Below are positions 25,301-39,749 of a DNA stretch of 64,000 bases, piece after piece. The notes beneath the pieces were generated by a model. That model was not told where the DNA came from. It searched no databases and was given only the letters and a program-made list of their open reading frames with translations. The stretch is from positions 22,258,001-22,322,000 of the forward strand of contig OZ024746.1 in assembly GCA_964016885.1 (NCBI GenBank). The letters run 5' to 3'. The position numbers were made by a program, and so were the translations under genes. Origin of the DNA: Eledone cirrhosa. Its lineage: Eukaryota. Every line of letters starts with the position of its first letter. Within the stretch, counting starts at the first letter, position 1.

Positions 25301-27724
25301 ACATTATAGAATAAAGCTTCTTAGCTTCTTGGTAAGCTGTGTCCACAATCTAGTTTAGATTTTTGGTTGAAAGCATTTCATACTGAAATCTCCATGAGTA
25401 AGCTTAACCCTTCCATAACTATATTTTTAATGATAAACACCCTATTTCAATTAATTAATGAAGAATTTTGAGGGCTTACTAAAATTAATTATTCCATTAC
25501 TAAGATAGTAACTTAACATATGGCTCTTATATATAATTATGTTGGAAAATTTCAATTTAGATAAAAAGCCTTTAAAATGGGTGGTTTTGTTTCATAGAAC
25601 GAGATCAGATTTTAGCTGGGTTGATGCCATTGTTATACCTGTTGACAGTATTGCCTCTACTATTATTTTCCTTCTCACCACTACCATGATCCCCTTTCCC
25701 TCTACTGCAACTTCCACAACGAATACAACACCCCCTCCTATCACCATCATTGTTATGTTCACCTTAGCAGGTGCTTTATTGTTCTGACCTAGGACTCTTT
25801 CCTATTGTCCAATCTTCAGAAATTTCCTTCTAATAATTTTGCACTTATCAATAATTAATCCCCCATTTGATCCAGTGCTACCATTAAAGACGCATCTGTG
25901 AATATCATAAAATAATAACTATTATGAATGGACAGTCTAGAGTGTTCTTTAGCTTGGCAATAGGCCACAGAACTGATTCTGTGAAAATATAACCAGAAAT
26001 AACCTTTAATCTATTTGTTCAGTTAATGGTCAAACCACAGTAATTAAGTGGATTATATGAGTAAACATTGTTTATATTCCCGGTTGAATGTGACTAAACC
26101 ATAGTTGGCAACACCAAGTTAATTCATATAAGAAAGGAAAGGAACTGATCATCAGATCAGTCCAAGGAAACTATATTTCCGTTTGTCTTTCTATTACTGA
26201 TACTGTCTGCCATTCACAACAGTTGGCTGATGGGAATTGATGATCAGATCAGTCCAAGGAAACAATCTTTCTATTGGTCTTTCCATTGCTGTTACACAAA
26301 GCTTGTAACAAAATGAACTTTGCCAAAAGCACCCAAGAGCCAGGCAGTGGTGTTAAACTGTGTAACAGGTTACATCTATCTGCCAAGAAGGCCACAATAG
26401 GATTTCAACTGAGAACACAGACGACCAGAACAAATACTCAAGACCTCTCAACCAGTGTACTAACCATTCCACTAATTCAACACTCTGAAATGTTCATAGG
26501 CTGACTATGAAGGAGTGAAGCTAGGGCTGTGAAATCTTGCATGCATTAATTTTAACTCTTCTTATTAATGACTGCATTGTTTCTTTCCAGAGACTATGTT
26601 GAAAAATAAACCTCATTGGGTCATTCCTTGGTCAGCCTATGAGCTTTTCAGCTGACCGTCGTAAGTACTTTATTTTGTTGATTTTTAAAAGATTGAAGCA
26701 AACTAACAACATAGGCAGCTGGAACAAAAATTACAAAAGTATCTGGTCTCATGCTCTAATAACTTTCCCAATTTAATGCCCTAGGCAAGTACTTTATTTT
26801 ATTGCCTGTGAAAAGATGAAAAGCGAAGTTGACCATGACAGGATTTGAATTTGGAGTGCAAAGAGTATTCAGTATTCAGCATTTAGTTTGTCTCAAGCCA
26901 GGAGTTTCATCAGGTGAATGCTTATCCCAGTTTCTGTGACATTAAGTAACTGAGATTTCAAGACTTTCCCCAGGACAGGAGGCCAGTCCATCACAGGGTT
27001 AAAGTCTGTCTTGAACCAGGAGGCTCATCAGGTCAGTTCCCATGACTTTAAGTTACTGAGAGTACAAGACCACCCGCCACCCTGAGCAAGACCCTGAGCT
27101 GACCTGAGCAAGACGCAAGTTCATTGCAGGGTTAAACTCCCACCTATTGCTGGTACTTATTTTCAGTTGAGTATACTGGAGTAATTTAAAATGAAGTATT
27201 TTGTTCAAGAACACAACACAAAACCAAGTCCAAGAACCAAACCCACAACATTATGATTGTAAGTCCAACACCCTTACAACAAGGCCAGAACAAATATTGC
27301 AAGAAATTTTGTTCCATGCTCTAATGACTCTTCCACCACCATCCCATGTTGCACTTTGAAATAAAGTAAAATAGGCTATGTACGTCAATACACGTCATAC
27401 CTAAGATCTGTTGCCTGTTAAACTGTCAAACTAACATCTGCTCTCTGATAGGTTTATTGTTGAATTTATAGTGGTGGAAACATCTGGCATCCTCGGTCCC
27501 TGAACCCACTAAGGATGGAGATGGCCATCCACAAGAATGAGCACTACAGGCTGAACTGACTCTTTCAGCACATCTCCCTCACTCTCTGTTGGGTAACATA
27601 TTCACAAATCTGTCCACTGAAGGGACCATGAACCAACATCAATCTGATATTTTACAAAAGACATGAGATGTTAGCAGTATCAGTTAATGTTTTGTTTTTT
27701 TATTAGTTTTGTCTTAGCCTATCA

Positions 27725-28050
27725 AGCTGGCTTAGTGGTTAGAGCATTGGCCTTACAATCATCAGGTGGTGAGTTTGATTCCTGGACTGGGCAGTGTGTT
27801 GTGTTCTTAAGCAAGACACTTTATTTTATGTTACTCAAGTTTACTCACCTGTAGAAATGAGTTGTAATATCACTGGTACCAAGATGTATTGGCCTTTGCC
27901 TTTCCCTTAGACAACATTGGTGGCATGGAGGGCAGCGACTGGTATATATGGGTGACTACTGTCTTCTAAAAAAAAACCTTGCCTAGACTTTGTGCCTCGG
28001 AGTGAAACTTTCCAGGTGCAAAATCCATGGTCATTTGTGACCGAAGGGTG
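27725..28050 (+). mobile_element. tRNA-derived Meta/V-type SINE (family B)
   Basis: TGGCTTAGTGGTTAGAGC A box, GAGTTTGATTCC B box, TGTGTTCTTAAGCAAGACACTTT central domain. Confidence 0.75.
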
Positions 28051-28914
28051 TTTCTATCAAGCTGGTATGCCTGTATGCATATGTTTACAACAATCTAATA
28101 AACCACATGCTAGAATCTAAAAGCAGACACCATTCTTCAATATAATAACCTCTTCTTTGATTCCTTAACAATAATGGAAGCCAACAGGGAATTCTTAACA
28201 CAATCTTAACTTTATTTATTTCTTACAGATATAACATTTACTAATTAGGTAGCTTAATTGATTTTTAATTGCCTGAACTTGATAATCAATATTATATACA
28301 TGAATTAGTGCTTGTGGTGGTGGTGGTGGTGTTATGGATGCTGATTGTAGTTGTGGCAGTGGTGCTGGGGATTATGGTGGTGGTAATAGTAGTAGTGGTG
28401 TTGTTGATGATGGTGGTGGTGCTGGTTGTGATGATGGTGGTAGTGGTGATTGCATATCATATTATTCTCTGCTTTTAAATACTAATCTTCTGAAGTATCT
28501 GTTTATATATATCATCACCCTGGTCATCATCATCATCATCATCGTCGTTTTTATATCTGTTTTTCCACATTTGCACCAGTTGGACACATTTCTTCATTAT
28601 CTCCTCTGTGAGTCTCAGTGATTTAAGGTCTGTTCTGACAACCTCTGTCCGGGTGCTTCTTGCTCTACTTCTACTACAGCTTCCTTCCACTAGGATTTCC
28701 TGGCACTTCTTCACCCATCAATCATCATCCCTATACATCACATGTCTGTACCAACACAGTCTTCTTTCCTGAACACCATACATATATAAAGTGGCTGGTG
28801 AGGGCTTATGTTTGGCTTTGTGGGAATTATGAGTGTAGATCAGCAATTGGTTTATGGTATTTTCTAAGTGTTTTGTTTATGGGTTAGGGTAATCAATTGT
28901 TTAATAGTGTGTGG

Positions 28915-29050
<136 letters not shown>

Positions 29051-29415
29051 ACTGTTTTAAATATATATATATATATATATATATACCCATTGTGAAGGCG
29101 TGTAGCTGAGTGGTTAGAGTATTGGATTCACAATGTTGAGGTTGTGAGTTCGATTACTGGACCGGGCGATGCATTATGTCCTTGAGCAAGACACTTTATT
29201 TCACGTTGCTCCTTCTACCTGGAGTTGCGACCGATAGATAGTACTAGCAACTGGAAAGACCAACGGAAACATTGTTTCCTCGGTCCGATTTTCCGAAAGT
29301 CGATCGATCCTGAAAATATATACCCATGGTATCATGGGAAAAATGATGATGATATATATATATATATCATCATCATCATCATCAGGAACAGGTAAAAGAA
29401 TATATATATATATGT

Positions 29416-29758
29416 GGAGGCACATGGCTTAGTGGTTAGAGCATTGGGCTTGCAATCGAAAGGTTGTGAGTTCAATTCTCAGACTGGGTGATGGGTTGTG
29501 TCCTTGAGCAAGACACTTTATTTCACATTGCTCCAGTTTACTCAGCTGTAGAAATGAGATGATAGGGACTGGAGTCCCTATCATTCCACTGTAAAGTGGT
29601 CGTGGAGGTGTCACGGCAAAAAAAGCACCCAGCACTCACTGTAAATGAGGTTGGTGTTAGGAAGGGCATCCAGCTGTAGAAATCAAGCCAGAATCAGTTC
29701 CCGTCCCACCCTTACAAGCAGGGAAAAGTGGACATAAAAGATGATGATGATGATGATG
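29416..29758 (+). mobile_element. Family B SINE with RTE-type 3' tail
   Basis: A/B boxes, TGTGTCCTTGAGCAAGACACTTT, GGTTGGTGTTAGGAAGGGCATCCAGCTGTAGAAA shared with the RTE 3' UTR, (GAT)n. Confidence 0.85.
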
Positions 29759-29774
29759 ATATATGTATATATAT

Positions 29775-30083
29775 ATACAATATGTAGAAAAGATAACACA
29801 CTAGAGAGAGAGATAGTGCACCATCAGTCAAACAGGGAAAAACCACCAATGTATGGAATCTATAGCCCATGGAAGGTTTTAATTATTGTGTGTCTACTCT
29901 GCCTTCCATGGGCTATAGATTCCATACACTGGTGGTTTTTCCCTGTTTGACTGATGGCGCACTATCTCTCTCTCTAGTGTGTTATCTTTTCTACATATTG
30001 TATTATAAAGAGCTCGGGGTTCCTTCTCCTTTGAGCACATTACCGACAGGGAATAGCAAGAGTCTATGGCTCCGTTAATTTAT

Positions 30084-30086
<3 letters not shown>
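29775..30086 (+). mobile_element. Fold-back element (100 bp arms plus tail) in (TA)n, probably PLE-derived
   Basis: 29775-29876 is the inverted copy of 29902-30003. The tail has TTTGAGCAC. No complete HHR core seen, only CTGATGG. Confidence 0.55.
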
Positions 30087-30125
<39 letters not shown>

Positions 30126-30128
<3 letters not shown>

Positions 30129-30448
30129 TCATCTTTTACATCCACTTTTCCCTGCTTGCAAGGGTGGGATGGGAACTGATTCTGGCTTGATTTCTACAGC
30201 TGGGTGCCCTTCCTAACACCAACCTCATTTACAGAGAGTGCTGGCTGCTTTTTTGCCATGGCACCTCCACGACCACTTTGCAGTGGAATGATATGGACCC
30301 CAGTCCTATCATCTCATTTCTACAGCTGGGTAAACTGGAGCAATGTGAAATAAAGTGTCTTGCTCAAGGAAACAACACATCACCCGGTCTGAGAATTGAA
30401 CTCACAACCTTTCGATTGCAAGCCCAATGCTCTAACCACTAAGCCATG

Positions 30449-30449
<1 letters not shown>
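30126..30449 (-). mobile_element. Family B SINE, inverted relative to 29416-29758
   Basis: Close reverse complement of that copy. Confidence 0.85.
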
Positions 30450-30515
<66 letters not shown>

Positions 30516-31789
30516 GTGTGTGTGTGTGTGTAAGTCTACCTGTATTTGAGATATACAGGACCTCTCACAATTTTAGTGAACTTTAAAACTGCTGTCATTG
30601 ATATTTGAAATAATATATAGAGATGAAGAAATCAATAAATATGGCATCAGATGACTTCTAGAGGAGCTACTAAACATTTTGGTAAATATCCTCATTTCTT
30701 AACTCTCTGGCTATCACACTGCCAGAAATTGCCTGAAATCACCTAAAACTGCCTTTGGTTCTATTTTGTATGCATGCACGGTCCCGTAACTCTTGAGAAA
30801 TTTGTGGGGGTACCATATAGACATACAGCATTTCTAGTGCATTTTAAAACTTGGTGGATCCCATCTCCTTTCAAGGTCTGAATACAGCAGATTTCTTCCA
30901 GAGAAGGATAGACAGTGAAAGAATGGAAGTGAGAAAGAGATATAGAAAAAGAATCAACACCAGTACTAGACTGGTACGTTTTTTTATTGACCTCGAATGG
31001 ATGAAAGGCAAAGTTGACCTCAGTAGGATTTGAATTCAGAGAGCAGAGAGCTTGAAAAAAATGGCACAAAGCATTCTATTCAATATTCTAATGACTCTGC
31101 TAATTCACCACATAGTTCTAATGTACAAAACTGTTTTAAAATGTTTTTATTTTTATAGATAGAATGCAATCAACAATATCCCAAACCTCACTCGCTTAGC
31201 AAGTGGGGGTGGAACATGTCAAATCAGACCAAGGAAACAATGATACTATCTACCAGTAGCAACTACTGGCAAAAAGAGCAGCATGAAGTAAAGTTTCTTG
31301 TTCAAGGACATAATGCATTGCCCAGTCAGGGAATTGAACTTGCAACCTCACGATTATGGATCCAATTTTCTAACCACTAAACCATCAACCTACATTTTTG
31401 TTTACATGAGAAAAACTTTCCACTATAATTGTATGTAAAAACTTTTGTTAAGTTATGTTCCACACACCAGCTTAATAAAGAGAAAGTTAGTTATAGTACT
31501 AAATCCTTCTGAATCACATGAAATCTTTCCTGATTCTATGTTACAAAACTCTTTGTTTTAGAATGTCTACATTTATCAAAAAAACTTCTATCATAATTTT
31601 ATGTAAGAACCTTTGATGTTAAGTCATGTTCCAAACACCAACTGAATAATCAGAAAGTCAGTTATATTACTAAATCTTTCTAAATTCTTGATTATTTTCA
31701 AAATCATTTGAAAATCGTTAAAAATATGGTAATGAAAGTGTTCTATGAATAATTTCCAATTTCATGCACAATCATCCTCATCCACATCC

Positions 31790-32438
31790 TCATCATTATT
31801 ATCATCATCACCATCATCACCATCATTATTATCATCATCACCATCATCACCATCATTATTATCATCATCACCACCATCACCATCATTATTATCATCATCA
31901 CCACCATCACCATCATTATTATCATCATCACCATCATCACCATCATTATTATCATCATCACCACCATCACCATCATTATTATCATCACCACCATCATCAC
32001 CATCATTATTATCATCATCACCATCATCACCATCATTATTATCATCATCACCACCATCACCATCATTATTATCATCATCACCACCATCACCATCATTATT
32101 ATCATCATCACCACCATCACCATCATTATTATCATCATCACCACCATCACCATCATTATTATCATCATCACCATCATCACCATCATTATTATCATCATCA
32201 CCACCATCACCATCATTATTATCATCATCACCATCATCACCATCATTATTATCATCATCACCATCATCACCATCATTATTATCATCATCACCACCATCAC
32301 CATCATTATTATCATCATCACCACCATCACCATCATTATTATCATCATCACCACAATCACCATCATTATTATCATCATCACCATCATCACCATCATTATT
32401 TTCATCATCACCATCATCATCATCATTATTATCATCAT
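31790..32438. repeat. 30 bp minisatellite CATCATTATTATCATCATCACCA(T/C)CATCAC, ~21 copies
   Basis: Visible directly. Source of the poly-H/S/D/M ORFs. Confidence 0.97.
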
Positions 32439-33495
32439 CAGACCTCGGATCGCTGAAACTCACAGTGGAGAAGACGAAGGACCCTGGCAAGTGGAGAGAT
32501 GCTGTGCTGAATAGGACCCGTCCAACCCTTGCAAGCGGGCAAAAGCGGATGTAAAATGATGATGATCATCATCATGATCATCACCATCATCATTACCATC
32601 ATGATCATCACCATCATCATTATTGTCATCAAAATCATCATTATTGTCATCAAAATCATCACCATCATCATTATTATCATCATCATCATCAACATTATCA
32701 TCATTATCACCATCATCATCGATTTAATGTCTACTTTTCTTGCCAGCTTGTGTTGGACTGGTCTACATAGATCAAGTCAGTACTGAAGCAGGGCTACTGA
32801 TCTCCGAGACTAGCCAGGAATCTGCCATCTTGCTTATGTATGTTCTCTAGTCTATGTCAAAGGATACTTGCCAAGATGCTATACAGAGGGACCAGACCTG
32901 GAACCTAATAATTGTGAGAACAAGACACGGTCATCTCATTTAACCCATGCTAGCATGAAAAATGGGTGTTAAACAGTGATGATGACCATGAACTTCTTAA
33001 CCATTGAACCATACTGCTTCCATAACACACATGCATAAACACTCTCCCCTCCACACACATTCACACACACACACAAAGACACCCATACGCAAACTTATAC
33101 ACACGTAAACACTCTCTCTCATGTACACGTGCACACATGCACAAACACACACACACTCACTCACACACAGTGCACACAGTCACAGGAACTTTTACCTCTT
33201 TGCAACAAAGTCTTTTTTTTTTTTCTTCTAATTAATAAATGAAGCAATGGTGGTCTGTACAGAAATAACGGACTGCTGCTTCCACAGAATATATTTCAGT
33301 ATGTTTTAATTACTGACTACTATGGAGAATAATGAATTAATCATTACACTTGACCTTCAGTTACTGCTGTCCTTACCACTTTAGATGTTTTTAACCAACA
33401 CAGCCTACCAAGGTCATACTGGAGTACTTGTGATATGTATATATGTATGTGTGTATATGTGAATATATGTGTATATATGTATATGTGCGTATGTG

Positions 33496-33539
<44 letters not shown>

Positions 33540-33632
33540 TGTGTATGTGTGTGTGTTTGTGTGTGTGTGTATGAGTTTGTGGGTGGGGTGATTTTTGGAT
33601 GTATTATAATGGGACAGTGTATGCATGTGAAA

Positions 33633-33812
33633 TAATTGTTCCTACTTTTGGCACAAGGCCAGCAATAACCCCAGTGCATTACTGGTACTTTATTTTATCG
33701 ACGATTGAGGATGAAAGGCAAAGTTAACCTTGGCAGGATTTGAACTCAGACTGTAAAGGGCTGTAACTTTATGCTGTAGAGAACCGACTCTCTACCGATA
33801 CTGCCAATCCAC
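33633..33812 (-). mobile_element. Family A SINE
   Basis: Reverse complement of the consensus. Confidence 0.8.
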
Positions 33813-34682
33813 CATCTGAAATAATGTTAATAAGGTAGTAAGAATTCTATTTATACAAGTATAATATATATTACATGTATGTATATGTATGTATGTGTTT
33901 ATGTATGTATGCATGTGTATATGTATGTATAAGGGTGGAGGAATTCAGGAAAGTCAACAGCTATCGAATAATTTTTTTTTTTTTTTTTTGTGGCACAAGA
34001 GACTCCTAGTCTTCATTAAGACATCTCTCTAGGAGAAGGTCCCTCTGATATAAAACCTGCGACTTTGTTGGCATCCAATGATGTAGACCAGTTCTACTTT
34101 TTGAGCAAATGCATTCAATGTTCAGAGAGTAGTATTGGCCCCATGCAAAGCCTTTCCTTACTTAAAAAAGCTTCAAGCATAGGCACCACTTGATATGTAA
34201 CATTTTTTCTGATGCATGGAATTGCTTGCCATAGGCAAGTTCTTAGCTGGACTAAAAAACCACACCCATAATGCTCATGCTTAAGTATCAAGTGATGGCA
34301 TTACTCAAAATCGAGTTTCAGCCATCATATCATCATGTATGTATGTGTATATATATGTATGCCTGTATGTGTATATATATGTATGCCTGTATGTGTATCT
34401 GTATGTATGTAACTCTTTCGACAATAGTACTACTCAACATAGTTATGTGGAGTGGGGACGGAAGGTGGTTAGTCAGTTCTCTGTATTGTGTTATTGTTGT
34501 TCAGTTAATCATTTGAGATCTTTTCCCTCCTATATTTCCCAGACAGACAGTCAGGCTGATATAAGTTGTTGTGTAACTCTCATCTCTAAATAAAAATATA
34601 GTAATGCAAAACAAAACAAATCAAAATAAGAATAACCCAAAAGAACAAACTAGCATTTTTTCCAATAAAATCTCGGGCAAGT

Positions 34683-34988
34683 CAACCTTGACACAAACTT
34701 ACTTAAACTATAATTTCAGTTCTCATTTATTCCTTATGGTTTCTTCTCATTGCAGTTATTATATATATATCTACATCTATAAAAATATATATCTGTGTGT
34801 GTGTGTATATATATTTATATATACACACACACACACACACATACATATATATATACAACCTTGACACAAACTTATTTAAACTATAATTTCAGTTCTCATT
34901 AATTCCTTATGGTTTCTTCTCATTGCAGTTATTATATATATATCTACATCTATAAAAATATATATGTGTGTGTGTGTGTATATATATT

Positions 34989-35030
<42 letters not shown>
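34683..35030. repeat. ~173 bp direct tandem duplication
   Basis: CAACCTTGACACAAACTTA...CATTGCAGTTATT at 34683 and 34856. Confidence 0.9.
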
Positions 35031-35056
<26 letters not shown>

Positions 35057-35804
35057 TGTAGTGATGGACAAGAGAAAAGTTTAAATATTCATTTATTATG
35101 TGTGCCCAGGTGAAACTCCAGATTAACGAGACTCACTACTTAGCCATAATAAATGAACATATATATCATCATCATCATCATCACCATCATCGTTTCTATC
35201 TGGGGCGAAGGGTCCATGCATGCGTTATAGAATCTTGAGTTGATCAATTGCATCGGTTGAAGCAAGCAGAATTTTGGCTGCTTACTAAATCGTAGACACA
35301 TAAAAAGATAACACACACACACACACACACACAAACATACACACAAACACATGACAGCTTTGGGGCAAGCAGAATTTTGACTGCTTACTAAATCGTAGAC
35401 ACATAAAAAGATAACACACACATACACACACACTAGATAACACTACATGTGGCTTTGACCGGGAGGGTCATTTAGAGGGAATTGGGGGGGGGGGGGCACT
35501 TTCCGCCATGGCGATTGGACTGCATGCCCTGCTTTCCAGGTTACCCTTCGCCACTGGTTTCTATGTCCGTTTTTCCACACTTGCATGGGTTGGACAGGTC
35601 CTTTTCAGCACAGCATCTCTCCACTCACCGCGTTTCTTCATTATCTCCTCTGTGAAGAAAAAGAAAAAAGGATCAAGCAACGAAAGAAAGGGAGAAAGAA
35701 ACACTACATACCAGTCTGCAGTGAATGGCCAGAGATCTGCAGTAACATCCACCCCACTTTTCAGGGCTTCCTCCTCATGTGGGCCACTGTCCTTCTGATT
35801 TTAT

Positions 35805-36228
35805 GGACAATGTCACTGGACCGAGACCTTTGGCGGTACTCAGTAACAGAGAAGACCCGCCTCACCTAAATACAAAGTAAAACCTACTAGTCAGTAGGCA
35901 TCTCTAACAAAATACACCCCCGTCCCACCCCATCCACACCGCCCCCTTCAATGCAAAGTTATGTTGGTGCCACAACATCCAGGCCGAAACAAACGAGATT
36001 GTGTAGGTGTCACGACAAAAAAACACACAGTCCACGCTGTAATGTGGCCGTGTAGGCAACATGGTAAAAACCTCCCAGTCTCACACTGTAAATGTGGTTG
36101 GTGTTAGGAAGGGCATCCAGCCGTAGAAAACCCGCCAGACAGTCCTATGCGAGCAAGACAACCACTCTTGCCTCAAGTGGGAAAACCCCCGTCCAAACCC
36201 ATGCAAGCGTGGAACAGGGACGTTAAAC

Positions 36229-36258
<30 letters not shown>
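35805..36258 (+). mobile_element. RTE LINE 3' end
   Basis: TMSLDRDLWRYSVTEKTRLT*, the 3' UTR and (GAT)n. Confidence 0.9.
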
Positions 36259-36261
<3 letters not shown>

Positions 36262-36903
36262 ATAAATCAGCACTGTGGTCCAACAGTAGACATGTTATAT
36301 GTAGAGGGACAAGATATTAGCTCACGATACACAGATATTGTCAGCCAGTCACAATTCCAATGAATGACAAACACCATTTATGCAAGGACCAAATATTTGT
36401 AGCACAAGATCCAGTGCTGGATTTAGGACAAATGAGACCATGTGCTAGTTATGAGGCTCCTTACTTGGTCCCTGAAGGAGGAAAAAAGATTTTGGCAGGA
36501 AGATGGGCCCCCTTGGCTAACAGGAACCTGCGCTTATGCACACCTAAGCACTGACAAAATCCAGCTTAGTCAAACCAGACAATGTATTCAACTATCATAT
36601 GTTATACTGATACAATATCAGCATATATAGATATTATTAAAGTAATATTTCTATTGCTCTATCTGAGGCAATAACAAATTCTATTTCTCTTTGTTCCATT
36701 ATTCAGTGGATGTTAAAAGGATGGGAAAACTAAAAGGCCATATAACAACAATATGTCAGGCTTCGGGTTTCTTTTCTACATGTGCTGCTTTGAACAATGA
36801 CAACAATGAAACATTATTGATTAGCTCTGCAATATAGACAAGAACATACTCATGAAAGACAAACACTTCTCTCACACACATATATATTTTTGTGTGTGTG
36901 TGT

Positions 36904-36942
<39 letters not shown>

Positions 36943-36958
36943 CATACATATATATATG

Positions 36959-36989
<31 letters not shown>

Positions 36990-37148
36990 CAAGAGAGCAG
37001 GATAGATAGTGAGATGGTGAGAGAGAGAGAAAAAGAAAGAGGTGGGGGAAGAAGGACGAGAGATAGATGTAGGTATATATTTAATGGAAGATTAATTTTA
37101 ATATATACTAGAGGTGTGTCTGCATGTAGATATTGTAACTATTGTCAT

Positions 37149-37180
<32 letters not shown>

Positions 37181-38032
37181 TGTTTAACATCCATTTTTTC
37201 CACGCTAGCATGGGTTAGAGGAGTTGTCCCATTGCGAGACAAGACAGATGAGATGACCATGTCTTGTTCATAAAGAACTGATTTTGGCTTGGTTTCTACA
37301 ACTGGATGCCCTTCCTGATATCAGCTACATTTACAGTGTATACTGGGTGCTTTTTGTCATGCCACCTACACAACCACTTTATAGTGCGGCGGACTGGGAG
37401 CTGGGGTGGGGAAGGTGCATTGGCATTGTTAAGTCTAGTGTGGGGAGCTTATCAGGGAAAGGGTGGTGGTAGGGATGTGAGTGAACGGTAAGGTGTTTGG
37501 GCATGAGTGGTGTTTTAGGAGATGGGAGGTGCATAGAAGGAAAAAAGAGGGATGTGGGTGAAGGGTGCGGGTGTTACGATGTGGGGAGTAAATGGAAAAA
37601 GGAGGGGAAGGTAGCGCATACAAGATGTATGCACATGGGAAGTCGGGGTCGTCTGTATTACTTCATAACACCAGAGATCTTGATTCTGTGTCATCACCCT
37701 CGAGAGGTGCAATTGTGCAAGGTCAGTTTTTCTCACCTCATCCCTAGTCTTCCTAGATCTTCCTACTTTATAGCTTCCATCAACTTTGAGTGCCTTGCAC
37801 CTTTTTATACATCTGGCATCACATGTATGTCATCATGATTTTGCATCTGCTTTCCAAACTAGCATGGGTTGGACAGGTTGTTACTGACCAAATCAGTTAT
37901 TATTTGGAATTACAGCCTTCCATGTTGGATCAGAGGACATGTCCCACTTATATGTTCCAATTTTGGACATGGACACTCTTCCTAACACCAACCACTGGGT
38001 GGAATTAACACTAAAGAAATTGTTTTGGCAGT

Positions 38033-38780
38033 ATTGGCAGAACATCGGACACCCTGCTTCGCAGCATAGAGTTATATCCCTTTACATTCCGAGTTCAAAT
38101 CCTGTCGAGGTTTGCTCTGCCCTTCATCCTAAGTGGTCGATAAAAAAAGAAACTGTGTACTAATTCTAAGCTGGATACATAAAGCTAGAGTAACCTGAAA
38201 ACTTTGTTTTTAGAATAAAATTGAAATGGCACAAGGCCAGTAATTTGGGGGGAGAGGAAAGTCAATTAAATCGACCCCAGTATGTTACTGGTGCTTTATT
38301 TTATCGACCCCGTAAGGATGAAAGGCAAAGTTAATCTCGGCAGGATTTGAGCTCAGACTGTAAAGGGCTGTAACTCAATGCATGTTGTCCGATGGTACCA
38401 TTACTGCCAAATAATAATTGTTTCTACTTTTGGCACAAGGCCAGCAATTACCCAGTGCATTACTGGTACTTTATTTTATCGACCTCGTAAGGATGAAAGG
38501 CAAAGTTAACCTCGGCGGGATTTGAACTCAGAATGGCAAGAGCTGTAACTCTATACGTCAAAGCATGGCGTCCAACCCTCTACCGATACTGCCAATCCCT
38601 CCATTTTACTGCCAAATAATAATAACAATAATAATAATGGTTTCTGATTTAAGCACAAGGCCAGCAATTTTGGTGGTAGGGAAAGTTGATTAAATCAACC
38701 CCAAAGCATGACTTGTACTTTATTTTATCAACCTCGTAAGGATGAAAGGCAAAGCAAACCCCGACAGGATTTGAACTCAT
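38033..38780. mobile_element. Cluster of four family A SINEs (one plus, three minus)
   Basis: Repeated core sequence. The flanks 38150-38225 and 38800-38875 are also inverted copies of each other. Confidence 0.8.
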
Positions 38781-39749
38781 CAACTAAATAAATACATTTC
38801 AATTTTATTCTAAAAACAAAGTTTTCAGGTTACTGTAGCTTTATGTATCCAGTTTAGAATTAGTACAGAGTTTCTCTGTGAAGGTGTGTGGTCTAGTGGT
38901 AAGGGTGTGCAACTTATGATCATAATTCCATGGGTTCGATTCCTGGACTGGGTTGTAAATGAGTACCAGCAATAGCTGGGAGTTTAACCCTCCGATGGAC
39001 TGGCATCCTGTCCAGGGAGAAGTCCTGTACTCTCAGTTGCTTAAGACCACAGAAATCAGAAAAGGCACCGGCCCGTGGACCTTTGGGCTTCAGACAGATT
39101 CTAGACGTTTTTCTTACAGTTTTCCTGCATGTTATGTTCGTCTAATATATGTGTGGTTAAGGAGTTCACTTCACAATCACATATTTTCAGCTTCAGTCCC
39201 ACTGCTTTTGTCTTCTACTATATGCCTCGGGTTGACCAATGCCTTGTGACTAAAATTTAGTAGATGAAAACTGTATAGAAGCCTCTTGTATATTATGTGT
39301 GTGTGTGTGTATGTGTATCCATGTATGTGTTTACATTTACTATTTATGCTCAGTAACTTACCAGTTTGGCATAAAGATTGATGAAATAAGTACCAGGCTT
39401 AAAAATATAAGTACTGTTGTTGAAATGCAATGCTCCAGTATGGTTGCAGTCCAATGACTGAAACCAGTAAAAGAATATGTTTTGATGTTACACTAAAACG
39501 TTATCAGGTCCACATCCAATGCCTCAACAAGTAATCTGATCAGTTTAGTATCTGATTGTTTATCTAAGCAAAGAGGTTGGTATTGGAGAGAAAACATGAA
39601 GCTTTCTTTCTGAAATTGTTCACACATATAGACATGCATATATATATTTATATACACACATATATATATATATAAGTATATGAATTTTGTATAACTAATG
39701 ATGTACATCATGTTTTCGAATATATATAGTATGCAATAAAATTCTCCAT

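Noticed and set aside
29416-29490. tRNA-like A/B boxes
   Set aside because: Heads of SINEs continuing into the central domain and RTE tail; no full cloverleaf.
31743-32554. Poly-His, Ser/Pro, Asp/Gly and Met ORFs
   Set aside because: Perfect 30 bp tandem repeat open in several frames on both strands; no splice context.
35260-35430. Short direct duplications here and at 26142-26275 and 19310-19430
   Set aside because: Ordinary local slippage duplications next to microsatellites; no functional signal.
36756-36826. Possible minus-strand terminal exon (ELINNVSLLSLFKAAHVEKKPEA*) after TATTGCAG
   Set aside because: Short, no recognisable homology, and no partner exons found.
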